A stretch of DNA of 64,000 nucleotides from Zygnema circumcarinatum SAG 698-1b (Eukaryota > Plantae > Zygnematophyceae), in assembly GCA_037447605.1 (NCBI GenBank), contig CM074815.1, positions 1,302,001 through 1,366,000 on the forward strand. The letters are read 5' to 3'. The translations under genes were made by a program, and so were the position numbers. Numbering within the stretch: position 1 is the stretch's first letter; every line of letters begins with the position of its first letter. Under the pieces are notes generated by a model. It made no database searches and was not told the origin of the DNA. It worked only from the letters and a program-made list of their open reading frames with translations. This document shows positions 10,878 through 27,216 of this stretch, one piece after another.

Positions 10878-13800
10878 ATGCCTCCAAAGAAACGTTCCGG
10901 GAAGGGGAAGGGCAAAGGGGCTGGGCCTGAAGGGCCAGAAGCGCAGCACCTAGCTCCTCCTCCTGGAGCTCCTGCCGCTCCTCCTCCGCTCCGTCCTGGA
11001 CCACCAGGAAGTGGTGCTGGAAGGGGCGGCCCCTCTTCAAGCGGAGGGCCACTTGCAGGGCCTCCTGGAGCTTGGCCTGCACTGCCAGTGCAGGCTCCTC
11101 CTGGTGGGGGCTCCTCTGCAGGAACTCTTCCTCAAGGAGGACCGCGGCCACGCCCCAGCATGCCAGCTGCAGGTCAATCGTCAGGGAGCGGCACAGTTTC
11201 GGCTCCCGCAGCTTCAAGCCGAACCATGGGAACTTCCACAAGCTCTCCGAGTTTTGGAATGACGAGTCTGCCATCCACGGGGGAGGGCTCATCCTCAAGC
11301 AGTCAGGAATCTCTGCAGGCTGTGACTGCGCTTGCAGGACTTCAGCTAGTTCCTAAGGAGCTGCAGCTCGGAGGCCTGCCTCGCCGCCCTGACAAAGGAG
11401 GCACAGCTGGCAGACGACTCGATATTAAAGTCAATCATTTCAAGGCATTGGTCAAGGCTAACACCGACATTTATCACTATGATGTGAGTTTGTGCCGCTG
11501 TTGTTTTCTCAGATTGCCGAGTCATTGTATGTGACCCAAGCACTGTCATAGTATTGGGCCCACTTTGGACGACTGCAATGTTGCAACAATTATTCAGAAG
11601 CTCTAGTTTGTCATGGTAAAGGCTATGCTACGAGTCAGTCACCCGTATTCATGGTTGACGTGATGTTAATCTGTGTTTCTTCGTTTTCGGGAAACTCCTG
11701 CTTAAGCCTGGTATTTTTAACATGTGACAATCCTGCATGCTTTTTAAAACGGAAAACACTCGTGCACTCGTACACTCTACCTTTTTTGCATGTTCATGAT
11801 AAGTGTGCTGACTGGCTGGAATGCTTTTTGGATTGCTAATCTTATTATCAGGTTGCAATTTCACCGGAAGTTTCATCAAGAGGCGTGAATCGCCTCGTGA
11901 TAAATGAGGTTGTCAGACAGTATAAGAATCCTCGGGGAAACGGACCCCATTTGGCCGGCCGATTGCCGGCATATGATGGGCGAAAGAACTTGTACGTGGC
12001 TGGTATTCTGCCAGGTGGCGAGCAGGGGCCTCCCATAGTCTTTGAGGATATCACTCTTCCTGACGAAGGGGAGTCTACACGGTAAAACCTGCATGCCACT
12101 TTTTGCAGGTGGAAATCTTTTATGGAGTTTAAGTGACCGAGACCTGTTGTACAAACAATCGCCATGTGACTCTGTCAGGTGGCGGTTAATGCTCGTGAAT
12201 GGTCGTCGTTGGCAAGTGCCTTTCAGTGAGTGGGAGATACATGCATTGATGGGAGAAAGGTGGCGTAGTTAAGGAGGAGGCTTTGGATTCTGACCATTTA
12301 TGGGCCAGTTGGGTAATGTGGATGGAATGCAGGCGTCAAAGGAAGTTCACTGTGACGTTGAAATTTGCATCCAAGCTGGACTTGAACTTGCTTCGGCAAT
12401 ACTTGGCTGGGAGATATTCCGATATCCCTCAAGATGTAATAAATGCGGTGGACATAGTCCTTCGTGAGATGCCCGTCAATACAAAGAAGTGAACACCTCT
12501 CTGCTCTCCTCCCTGCTCTCCCACTTTGCTGTTCAATGGGAAGAGGCCGTTTGGCTCGATTCTTTCGTTCTACGCAGACTATGGAAAATTCTCTTACATG
12601 CTCTCGAGCGGCAGTGGGGCAAGTGATGCTGCAGTCCTGTCATAGCTGATAAGTTGTGGGGTTGTCGATCTGTTGAACCACTTGGCAGCTGTTTCTGTGA
12701 CGGTTGACTATGCACTTCAATGTTTGCTGCTCAGTTTGGAATCATCTGGATTATTCTTGAAATATTGTATCTTGCTTCTCAGAACTTTTCAAATGGACGA
12801 TACCGAACGCTTTGACTTGGATACCAGGGCTCATTTAATGGATGAAAGGACTGCACGGCATGTGCCATGTTCGAGAGCTGATGCCTGTTTCGATTGTCGT
12901 ATTATCATTTGCAGCTATATAGCAGTTGGGAGATCCTTCTACTCAGAAACATTTGACCGGCCGTTTTCCCTCACCGGCGGAGTGGACGCGTTGAAGGGCT
13001 TTTTCCAAACTATGAGGCCGTCTCAGTTAGGGATTGGCCAGCCTGACCATCTTCCAGAAATCCATGGCCTCACATTGAACCTCGGTGAGTCTGCTTAAGT
13101 TAGAGAGGAACTTGTAGTAGCCTGCTGTATGCTTTAGTGGATTTGCCTACTGAGTTGACCTTTCGCTCGAACTCTTGCGTATCTTTAATCTCCGACCAAT
13201 TGGCACTGATTTTCTGTGTCAGCATTACTCCAGAATGTTTTTTGTGAGTGATAATGCAGCCGACCTCAGTTCTTAGATAAAGAACAGAAGCTTCAAATGG
13301 AGTGACCTTACGCTTATTGCAGCGGATTTTCGCATCAGTACCCATGTTGCCATTGCATGTGTTTGCTTTGCAGATATGTCTGCCTCAGCATTTCTGAAAC
13401 CCGCGTGGGGTCCGGATTTTGTGAAAGAGTTCTTGCAAAAGCGGGACATCGGTCAAGCCATTAGCGATTCTGAGCGCTTGAAGGTGTGCTCAAACCCAAG
13501 CAGCTAAAACTCTCACGAATCCCCTCTGTCGACAATTGTTCTCACCTTTGTAGTTCTAGGAAGCCCTTCTCATTGCGTTTTCTTGAATTTCTCTCTCCCT
13601 GTCTCTCAATCTCTCTCTCTCACAATCCCTCTCTCTCTCTCTCTCTTATACACACATGGGAGCCGTGCATGCAGCTCCGAAAGGTTCTCCGAGGAGTACG
13701 TGTCCAGGTCCGTCATCAGCCGCACAAGCGGAGGTATAAAGTGACGGGCATCACGGAGAAGCCCATGAAAGATCTCAGGTGAGATTGAAATCTCCGTCAA

Positions 13801-14742
13801 TAAGACCTAATTCAGTAGGTCAGCGCCATTTTTGAAGGACTGTTCAATGACTGTTTCTCATTTGCGCGTTATACTTCTGGATTTTTTTTATTTATATTTG
13901 TAGTTCATTTTGACTCACGGCCCGCCTTTGCTGCATGTCCCAACACATTCATCAAGTAGGCTACTTGCCTTAATATCATGGGAAGGCATTGCGTATTCTT
14001 TCTTCCATTCTAGCTTCGGTCTTTGTTATTTGGTAAGCGTATAATAAGGCTGTGTTAAGCTGCCATTGGGCTGGCACAGATAAGTGTAGACATGCGAACA
14101 GATCCAATAACTTGGTGCCTTTTTGAGTAAGCAGATTTGATGAGCGTGACGAGGAAACTGGGCGAACAAAATCTGTCCGGTTGGTAGACTACTTCTTGCA
14201 GAAGTACCAATGGCGACTTCAATTTGTCAATCTTCCCTGCTTAGACTGTGGAAAACCTGACAAGCCGAATTGGCTTCCATTTGAGGTTTGTGAACGTGAG
14301 CGCCACTTGTAGATTAGGCCTAGTGAGAATGGAATCGTGTAGGCTGTTAGACAACCTTTCTCTCCCATAGATGATGATCTTGCAAATGTGAAACTGTGTG
14401 TTGCTTGAAGTTTTCTTACTTTATGCTGTGTTTCTCGTTGCGGGGGACACTGAAAATTTGGCTGATTTCTATCCATATTGGAGCGATCGCAGGCGCGTTC
14501 CATGCTAGCGATTGTCTTGTTTCCTAATGTCGTTGTGATTCCATTCTTAGATAGAGAATGATTTCCTGGTTGAGCTGTTTGTGCAGGTCTGTGACATTAT
14601 GGAAAGGCAGCGGTACGTGCGCAAGTTGACTGGCCAGCAGACCTCGAACATGCTCACCGCTGCAAAGCAGACTCCGGAGGAAAGAGAGCGGAGGATTAAA
14701 CAAGTGAGGCTTCTGAGCTCGCTTCGTCCTTGCATTGTGTGG

Positions 14743-14838
<96 letters not shown>

Positions 14839-17800
14839 AGGGCAGGCATCAGGCATCAAGGCAGTCCGCCCGGCTTTGTGCACAAATTTTCTTTGGTCTT
14901 GTGGGGGGGCTTCCTTAAACCGCCATGACTGATTCTCGTTTTCTGGACTTCCATTATATATTTTCAATATATTCAGCTGGTAGCGGAACGGAATTTCGCA
15001 GCGGATCCGTATGCCAAGGAGTTTGGTATACAGATTAATCCTGAAATGCTTATTCTCCAGGCACGCGTACTCGATCCCCCGAGAGTAAGTCAATCTTCTC
15101 CCTTTCCTGTCATTTCTTTTCTGGACTTTGTTCTCCTCCATTTCTATCAATTGAATCTTCTAAATTAGGGCTCCGTTGTGAGCCCTCGTATCCGTGACGA
15201 TGGTAGTTATCCGGTTGTGCTGACAAACGAATCCATTTTGGGATGCAGTTGAGGTATGGTGATGGGAAAGAAACTGTACCTCGCACCGGATCGTGGAACA
15301 TGAGGGACATAGTAAGGGCTCTTCACAATCCTGCTGCTTTGAGCAGCCGCTGCTGTGCTCCTCTCTTTGTATATTTTTAAGCTGATGAAGCTTTGCTTCC
15401 TTACTCGCCATTCATCCAGCATTCATTCATTCATTCATGGCCCTCTTGTTTGATTGAACACAGAAAGTGGTGGATGGTGCTCGTGCGGAGCGGTGGACCT
15501 GCATCAATTTCGCAGCCGGCGGAGGCAGGGACTCCGTTCCCGATGATATTGCAAGGGCCTTTTGTAAGCAACTGGCGCAAATGTGCAGCAAAATGGGTAT
15601 GGTAAGTACGCGTGACCCCAATCTGAATGAGATCGTTCTTGTATGCTTCTTTACAACAGCTTCACTCGCCTTGATAGCAAAGTTCTGCAAGAAACTCGCT
15701 AACGATTTGGGGTTTTTCCTTTACAGGCTGTGAACCCGGAGCTGTGTCTGCCTTTAATCAGCTGCAGGCCATTCATGCCGGATGTCGAGCAGGCACTGCG
15801 TTATGTCTCTGAGCAGGCAAATAAGTTAAGGCCCCGACCAAACAAGCCACCTCTTGACTTCATCCTGTGCATGCTGCCGACAATAAACACAATATACGGT
15901 ATGTTGCCTATTGGAACATGGTCATGTAGAATATGCGTGATATTTGGGCTCTGTAGCATCTTTTTCTGGAGTGTTCAGAAAATGGATAGTTGATGAGACA
16001 GAACCCGGCTCGAAGTCTATCAGCAGGGAGTCCGGAAGTTTTTGGAGACTCTTTAGTCAGGTTTATACCACTTCATGTGATAAGACTGGCTGTTTTTCTT
16101 TAAGAGTTTGCAGATCCTTTAAGTTTGCACGTTGTGGTGTTCCAGCTTATAGTTTTTTCAGGACCTTTGGGTTTGTCGAATCCTTATGAGTGACTCGTTA
16201 CCTTTTGAAGTTCCTTCGTTTTTTGTAGTATGGCATTCTTTCTGCACGTTCAGTGCTTTTCAGAAATGCTTGGATCTTGTTATATCTTGTCAGACATTTT
16301 CTGTGCAATTGCATAGACACTACACCAAATGTTAAGGAAACGAAGTCGGTGTACACCATCTAGCAACTATTTGTACTATCTAGTCGCATATTGGAAATTA
16401 CAGTTCATGTCAAATGGACCTGGAATCTGCAGGTGACATCAAGCGGATTTCTGAGCTGGAGACTGGACAAGTCACTCAGTGTTGCTTGGCGAAGAACATT
16501 CCTAAAATGAACCTCCAGTACCTCGCAAATTTGGCTCTGAATATCAACCCCAAGGTCGCATTTCTTTGTCACCTCCAATTCGTTTCCGTGAATGGTTGTT
16601 TGTCGCAAGTGCCACTCAAACCGTCTTGGATTTTGGGAAATCTGTACTATGCGTTGCATTGAGTCGGTCAATCTCCGTTCATTCGCCGTGCTTGATATTG
16701 TGGATTCATCAATGTAAGCCAGCTATGGGGCCCATGTAACCTGCTGAGAGTAGTAGGGCCTATTACGTTGTTGCAGATTGGCGGACGCAATGTCTTCTTG
16801 TCAGCCTCTCTTTCCCGGGCATTGCCCATTGTAAACCAAGAACCCACTATTCTGTTCGGAGCTGATGTGACCCACCCGTCGCCTGGCGAGGATTCATCAC
16901 CGTCCATTGCTGCGGTGAGTGTTCCTCCTATTGCGTGTGTAGTTCCATAAACTGCATTCCATAGGGCCTTAGAGACAACAAAGGCAACTTTCTTGTACTT
17001 GAAAGGAAAGATCTGCGTCTCCGAACGACCGCACAAAGATATTATTATGACGAGTGTTTGCAATTGCAATTGCAGGTGGTTGCAACTATGGACTGGCCGC
17101 AGATGTGCAACTATTTTGGTATGGTTCGCGCTCAGCCCTCCCGCCAAGAGATCATTGGGGATCTCTTCCGTGAAACCCGCCTGGATAAGCAAGGAATACA
17201 GAGACCCGGGATGATAACGTGAGATAAACTGATGCCTTGGGTAGACCTCACTGGGCTTGGCAAATGAGTAAACACTTGCTCAAGGATTGTGGGAAGAGAT
17301 TCGCGTTGCAAATGGCTTTGGTCGGTGCAAGGATAAGGAATGTGGACAGTCATCTGAGTCCCTTTCGGATGCCTTTGAAAGAACAAGAAATATGTGAAGT
17401 CCGTTATTTAGAAAAACAGATGTCTGAAGTTATTGAAAGTTAGATGCAAGGGATGTTTGCTCTAAAATACTTCTGTTGTGATGACACTGCCTTGCCCTCC
17501 TTATTATGGTGAGGCCACAAAGGAAGGTGTGTGGTGGAATCCGTCACGGAAGTTTATATCATTTAACAATTCAGTTTTGCAATTAGTTGTGTCAAGAATG
17601 GGTCATATCTATCAATGGATCGTTAACAGCTGGATTCTGTTGGTCGTCAGGGAAGCTCTCACGATGTATCGGCTGCGGAATAAGCATCTTCCTACTCGCT
17701 TGATATTCTATCGGTATGGCATCTGAAGGACCCCGCTTAATTAAGTATGAATTGCTTTATGAAATGTTCAGATATATGTATATCGAGATTGTCGAAGTCC

Positions 17801-20312
17801 TGCCCCCACAAGGGTATTTAATTTGAACATCTCTGGATTCAGCACATTCCCCTAAAACCACTAAAAGACGAGTCGTTGCTGTTGGTTTGGTCCTCTGCAG
17901 TGATGGAGTGAGCGAAGGACAGTTCGATCAAGTCCGGGACATGGAGGTCTATGCTATTCGCAAGGTATGTTTCATTTCCACTCACGCAAGTAAAGGCCCT
18001 CTGCTTTGTTACTCTAAACCATTGGAATGCTATTCCTTCGGATCCAATCGCTCTATCATGTCTGGAACAACGGAAAGGTCTCTCCTCTGCTTTCCAGAAC
18101 TTTAGGGTTTTAGGGTTCTTATCTTCAGACTGCTGCTCGTGCTGCGCCGAAAGGAGTTCCGCAGGTTTGCACGTGCAGATGTTTACTTCACAGTGCTCCA
18201 TACGTGGAAGTATCTCTGACCAAGCTAGTACACCACAAACCATCATTAACATAGACCATCATCACCATCAGCATCATAACCGTCATAAACCGCGAAGGCA
18301 AGTCTCCAGGCAAGATAGAAAGGCAAAATGAAGGATAGGGGCTGTGTTATCCGTCACCTTTTGTTTTGGACGGCACCTGCTCACTGAAAACAAAGCACTG
18401 GGCAATGCAGGCTTGCCAGGCACTGGCCCCGGGCTACGTTCCGAAGGTGACTTTCATTGTGGTGCAAAAGCGTCACCACACGCGGATGTTTCCCAAGAGC
18501 AGGGATCAAGCTGACGGCAGCGGAAATGTGCTTCCAGGTATTCCCCTTTTTCACACTCTGTTTATGCCCCCCATACTTGTTGGGAGCTGCCTCAGAAGAA
18601 GAGTAGAGGAGGAATCACCGCCTCAGCTTGGGAATTCAAACAGATTGGTGTTTTTGGTGGAATGAGCACCATCCGGAATAGGCACATAGAGGGATTCACG
18701 TGTGTTTAGGAGTTTGGGCTATTTGCCAAAAGTAACGCAGGTTAGTTACTGGGTCAGGCTGGTCTCTTATATCTCCATGGCAGCCACACTTTTCAGGATA
18801 AGCTGCCAGCTTAAGTTAGCATGCCAACTTGTCGATACTTTTTTAACAGAACGTGGGAATGGAATGTTTTTAAAGTCTTCATAATGCAACTTAGGGCAAC
18901 TGGGGAAGGATAGTTAAATGTGCTACTAGCCATGTAACTCTGTAGGTGTGATTGACTTGGGGTATTTGCAATTCGCAAAGTGAAGTGCTGTGTTGTCTGA
19001 AATTAATACTGTATCCTGAGCTTTTTTTGGAGCAGGAACTGTTGTGGACACCCATATCTGCCAGCCCAATCAATACGATTTCTTTCTGTGCAGCCATGCT
19101 GGTATCCAGGTGACAAATGTGACTAAAAGTTGATTCCGGGTAGGGTCAGGCAGCAGTGTTGTTGTCATCATAAATATGATAAAAAATGATCTCCTCATTT
19201 GTGTTGTCTCATTTCAGTGTGATGATTGAGTTATTGCTAGTTTTCACATGATGTCATGCACTATTTTTTTTGTTTTCTACTGACGCGTTTGTGTGTCGGA
19301 TTGGCAGGGTGTCAGCAAACCTGCAAAGTATGTGGTTTTGTGGGACGAGAACAGGTTTGGTTCTGACGATCTGCAGAGCCTGACAAACAGCCTCTGCTAC
19401 ACGTAAGATCCCTTTGCTCACCCGTTGGTTCCAATTTGTAATCTAAATGTGGATCATTAGGTCATGTGAGAAGGTTCCCATAGGTGGTACATGGCTATTT
19501 CAACAGGCTTTTTTGCGACATCTTTTTTGCATGAATGAATATATGGCTTCCAAAACCGGTCCTGAAGGTGCATCCAGTGCTCCTTCGGTCTTTATGTTCT
19601 AAGTTTTCGTGCTGATTTTGTGTGGGCATTTTCGTTTTGTGGGGACTTTCTCAGCTACGCTGGCTGCACTCGCTCTGTCTCTGTAGGTGAGTGCTTACAT
19701 TGTTCACTCGCCCCCCTGAGTGTCTCTATCTCTACAATGGAAGTTGTACGTGTTACGTTTGTATCTGCCTGTTGTGTTTCTTTGTATAGACAGTTAAACC
19801 AGGGGACGGGTTTGCAGCCATGCATTGTTGCCTTGCCATTAGTATTGAAATGGCGATACCTTTGTGCCATTGACGTTTCGGCTCACCCGGAAATGTGAAG
19901 CCATTGTTGGCCGTCTGTGTTTATCCAAACCTGACCAACCATTCAGTTGAACAAGCTGTCGTTTAGCACACAAACCTTTATATTCGTTTCATCAAGTGAT
20001 TTGCTCTTCTGTACATGGGGTTCTTGGCTGTTTGAGTAATGACTGGCATTCGCTCGTGTTTTCTTCTTTTTTTTGAGTGCAGCCCCACCGGCCTACTATG
20101 CGCATAAACTGGCGTTCAGAGCCCGCCTCTATCTTGCAGCGGACCAGTCAGACAGCGGCTCTCAGAGGGGTGCATCGCGTTCGCAGGCGGGAGTGAGTGC
20201 AGGAGGAGTGAGCTCTGCTAGCCGCTCAAGTCGAGATGTCGAGGACAGCATCTTTGTGCAGGCTCTCCCTGACCTGAAGGAGAACGTCAAGAATGTCATG
20301 TTTTACACTTGA
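10878..20312 (+). CDS. AGO: Argonaute protein, ~22 GT-AG exons, AGO1/5/10-like motifs; catalytic DEDH tetrad intact
   Basis: Manual splicing gives a G/P/S-rich N-extension, N domain ([13 protein letters not shown]), L1 (VGRSFY), PAZ ([20 protein letters not shown]), MID (IYGDIKR...VTQCC) and PIWI. PIWI motifs: GADVTHP D at 16864-66, RQEII E at 17148-50, [11 protein letters not shown] at 17902-04, KRHHTR, PPAYYAH H at 20103-05. C-terminus KNVMFYT-stop at 20310-12. Confidence 0.96.
14747..14836. repeat. (GA)45 microsatellite in an AGO intron
   Basis: 90 bp of uninterrupted GA. Shorter CT tracts lie at ~13590-13645. Confidence 0.97.
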
Positions 20313-21040
20313 GAATGATGCCACAGGAAAGAGTTTCAGAAAAGGAAGATGGCAAAGGTGTCTGTTGATTCATGTCGATTGGAAAGAAGAAATCGTCCGT
20401 TATTGCAATGTGTTACGAGGGAGTGATAATTTTGAGCAGTGGTAGTCGTTTGGTTTTTAGACTACAGATTGTACATAAGATGCTTTCTTTTGTGTGTGGC
20501 GTTTAGAGTGCATGGCGACTGGCAGAACTTTGAAACTTTTGAAACTTAAGGATTTTTTCTGCACAATTGGATGTATGAACAAGACTAGATTCTGGAAAAG
20601 CTGTTGTTTCTGAGTAGTATAGTTTGTGAGTGAAAATGAGTGGAAATGTGAATTATCGTTGGATGTACTTTTGAGTGATGAGTGAGAGTAATGATGGTTC
20701 TTCAGTTTTAGTGACGGCGGTTTGAATGTCGGCAACGAGGTACGTGATACAACCCAACACAACCCTAGTTGGCACAAGCTACAAAGGCATTGTTCTCACT
20801 CAACCTCACCTGAAACATTGTCCCAACACAAACCTAATCTGAACAGAGCTACTCATGGAACTTGGTGTCAACACAAACCTACCTGGCCAAGACCACAAAC
20901 GAAGGTTACTACACAACCCTGCTTTGTAAAACTACACATGTAACATGGTCTCATTCTTTTTCAGAAACATGCGAGTCCCATGTCCCTACTACGAATGGCT
21001 GCCATCTCCTGCGCCCTTCTCCTTATCTGCCATCATCACA

Positions 21041-22177
<1,137 letters not shown>

Positions 22178-22371
22178 AATGTCTTCTCTTAATTCTGAAG
22201 GGCAACTCGACACTCTCACCCCCCTCCGCTATCCCTTTCTCGATCGTAGCAGAGAGAGCGCCTTATGTAGCCTTCCGAGAATGACATGCATTCATTTTTA
22301 CGACGGCCATGCACGGCCATGCAGCAGCCAATGCATCTTCCAATGTAAGACCTAAATCTCGCGCGTGGTTA

Positions 22372-22457
22372 TCCAACGGTCGCCCGATCTCACACGCGAC
22401 CACGTGGCAGATCCAACGGCTATTGCTCGAAATCTCGCAAGTGGCTATCCAACGGTC
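22372..22457. promoter_or_regulatory. Three MSA-like TCCAACGGY motifs and a G-box in the 500-bp divergent AOR/RPT3 promoter
   Basis: TCCAACGGTC at 22372-81, TCCAACGGCT at 22412-21 and TCCAACGGTC at 22448-57; CACGTG at 22401-06. Confidence 0.5.
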
Positions 22458-22677
22458 CCATTGTCCCGACGCCTTGAGTCGTTCACACTGTCCGTTGTCG
22501 CCCATCGATATCATCTCGATACGTGTTTCCGTATCGTACTGTTCATACACTGTGCTAAGCGATATATCGACCTTCAAGAAGCTCATTCACAAGGGCGCAT
22601 TTTGAAAGTCAGGACTCAGGAGGCAGTTTGTCCTCCCTTCTACCTCCTGGAAGGCCCTCCTGCAACGCCTATCCGCC

Positions 22678-25685
<3,008 letters not shown>

Positions 25686-26954
25686 GCTTAGCATTAGGGT
25701 TCGGAGGGGCTGCAAGGGGCAACATTGGTGGGTCGTTTCAAGTGAGTCTGATGAGGAGGGAGAGGATGCGGTACATCTCGGTGCCGAATAGTTGTGCATG
25801 TTGTTGTAGGGATGGATACGGATGCTCACATTCTGCTGTAAATTGGTGCACTCAATAGGAAAGCGCCCCTGTATACTGTGTCGAGACTTCCGAGCTCTTC
25901 CTCTTCAGCCAAAAGATAGCATTGTTAATTCATGATCTGGTTCCTATTGTATTGTGCACCTGGTTGGAATTGCGATGTAAATAGTAGTGTAATAGATGTG
26001 CACGTAGTGCAGCACTGGTCAGTTGAGATGTGCATGAATGGCTCCAATGCCGCCAGACAGCCGGCGAGTGCACTTCCGCCTCTCTGGACAGTTGCGGCCA
26101 CCTCACGGAAGGAGTGCAGGTCACAGGTCAAACCATTGGAATTAATCGTCAACAGTCATTCATTTGTCCACGACGGTTGCAAACGATTAGCGCCACTTGA
26201 TTCACTCTTCGTCGGACACTGGCAATTGTTGCAAGCGTTGCTTTGCAGACCTGGTCAGCCATCGCCAATGATTCAAACCAGTTGGGTTCACTTTTGGCCA
26301 ACCATCCGCAATGGTCACAGTTTGCTCGCAGACCTAGCCAGCCCCTGCCCTGGTTTGACCCGCGCATTACCGTGAGTGGTTGTGTATGGTGCAGGTTCAG
26401 TACCAGCCTGCTCACTCACTGTTCTCAGCAACCTTGTGTTTGGTTGTTATTACATTTTTACTGCACTGTATTAGGGCATGTCTAGTTCTTGGCGAACGAA
26501 CGTTCTTGTACAACGATCTTAAATCTGATATCAAAATGAGTACTTTGGGTAGACATTGCGATCCGCTTTCAAAAGAATACTCCATATAAAAACAATTTAG
26601 AACAAGTGAAAAAAGAACTCTTGCTGGATGTTTTAGGTTCTGCCATACCCTATTCTAACATTGTAAAGGTAGGCAACTTCAACACTTGTAAACAGGAAGT
26701 GAGAAGTGGCATTGGTCTCACTTGTAAACCTCACCACTGCATCGCCATCGTGAGACAAATCAATGCCAATTCCTCCCCCTCTTGTAAACGTCTAAGCACC
26801 ACTGTGAGTGCAGAGGCTGCAGAAAACCGAAGCACCCGAAAACTGGCAACCAAGGTTCGCTCGGCGCACGCGCTTCTACGGGTGGGCTGTGGGCCAAACC
26901 TTTGGGGGTTCGTCACGGCAACCCGAAAGTTGAGGCATCTTCCAATGACTACTC

Positions 26955-26981
26955 GCCACGTGGAAAATTGTGCCACGTGGC
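26955..26981. promoter_or_regulatory. Paired G-box/ABRE-like elements upstream of the transporter gene
   Basis: GCCACGTGG at 26955-63 and palindromic GCCACGTGGC at 26972-81, about 240 bp upstream of ATG 27217. Confidence 0.45.
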
Positions 26982-27216
26982 GAATAATCATTGGAAGTCG
27001 TTCTTCTAGAGACGTGTCTCTCGCCGGGAAGAGGAGCCCTCGGCCGCTTCTGCCACTTCAGAGGAAAGTTGACTCCTGTAGGTGACCACTCGCCGTGGAT
27101 GCCGTGCTGCTGCTCGTGGAGCTACCAGCCATGGCCGGGGGAGGGCGGCGAGCTTTGGGGACGGCCGGGGAGTCGTAGTGGCCAGGGGGAAGGTCCCTGG
27201 CGGAGGAGAGGGGAGC

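Noticed and set aside
14524-15150. ORFs with poly-RE or poly-SL tracts
   Set aside because: They are translations of the (GA)45 intronic microsatellite, not proteins.
18101-18116. TTTAGGGTTTTAGGG telomere/telo-box-like motif in an AGO intron
   Set aside because: Only two units, deep in an intron; compatible with chance.
19218-19283. C/D-box snoRNA-like GTGATGA...CTGA in an AGO intron
   Set aside because: The CTGA is part of a CTGAC branch-point motif next to the 3' splice site, and there is no terminal stem or evident guide.
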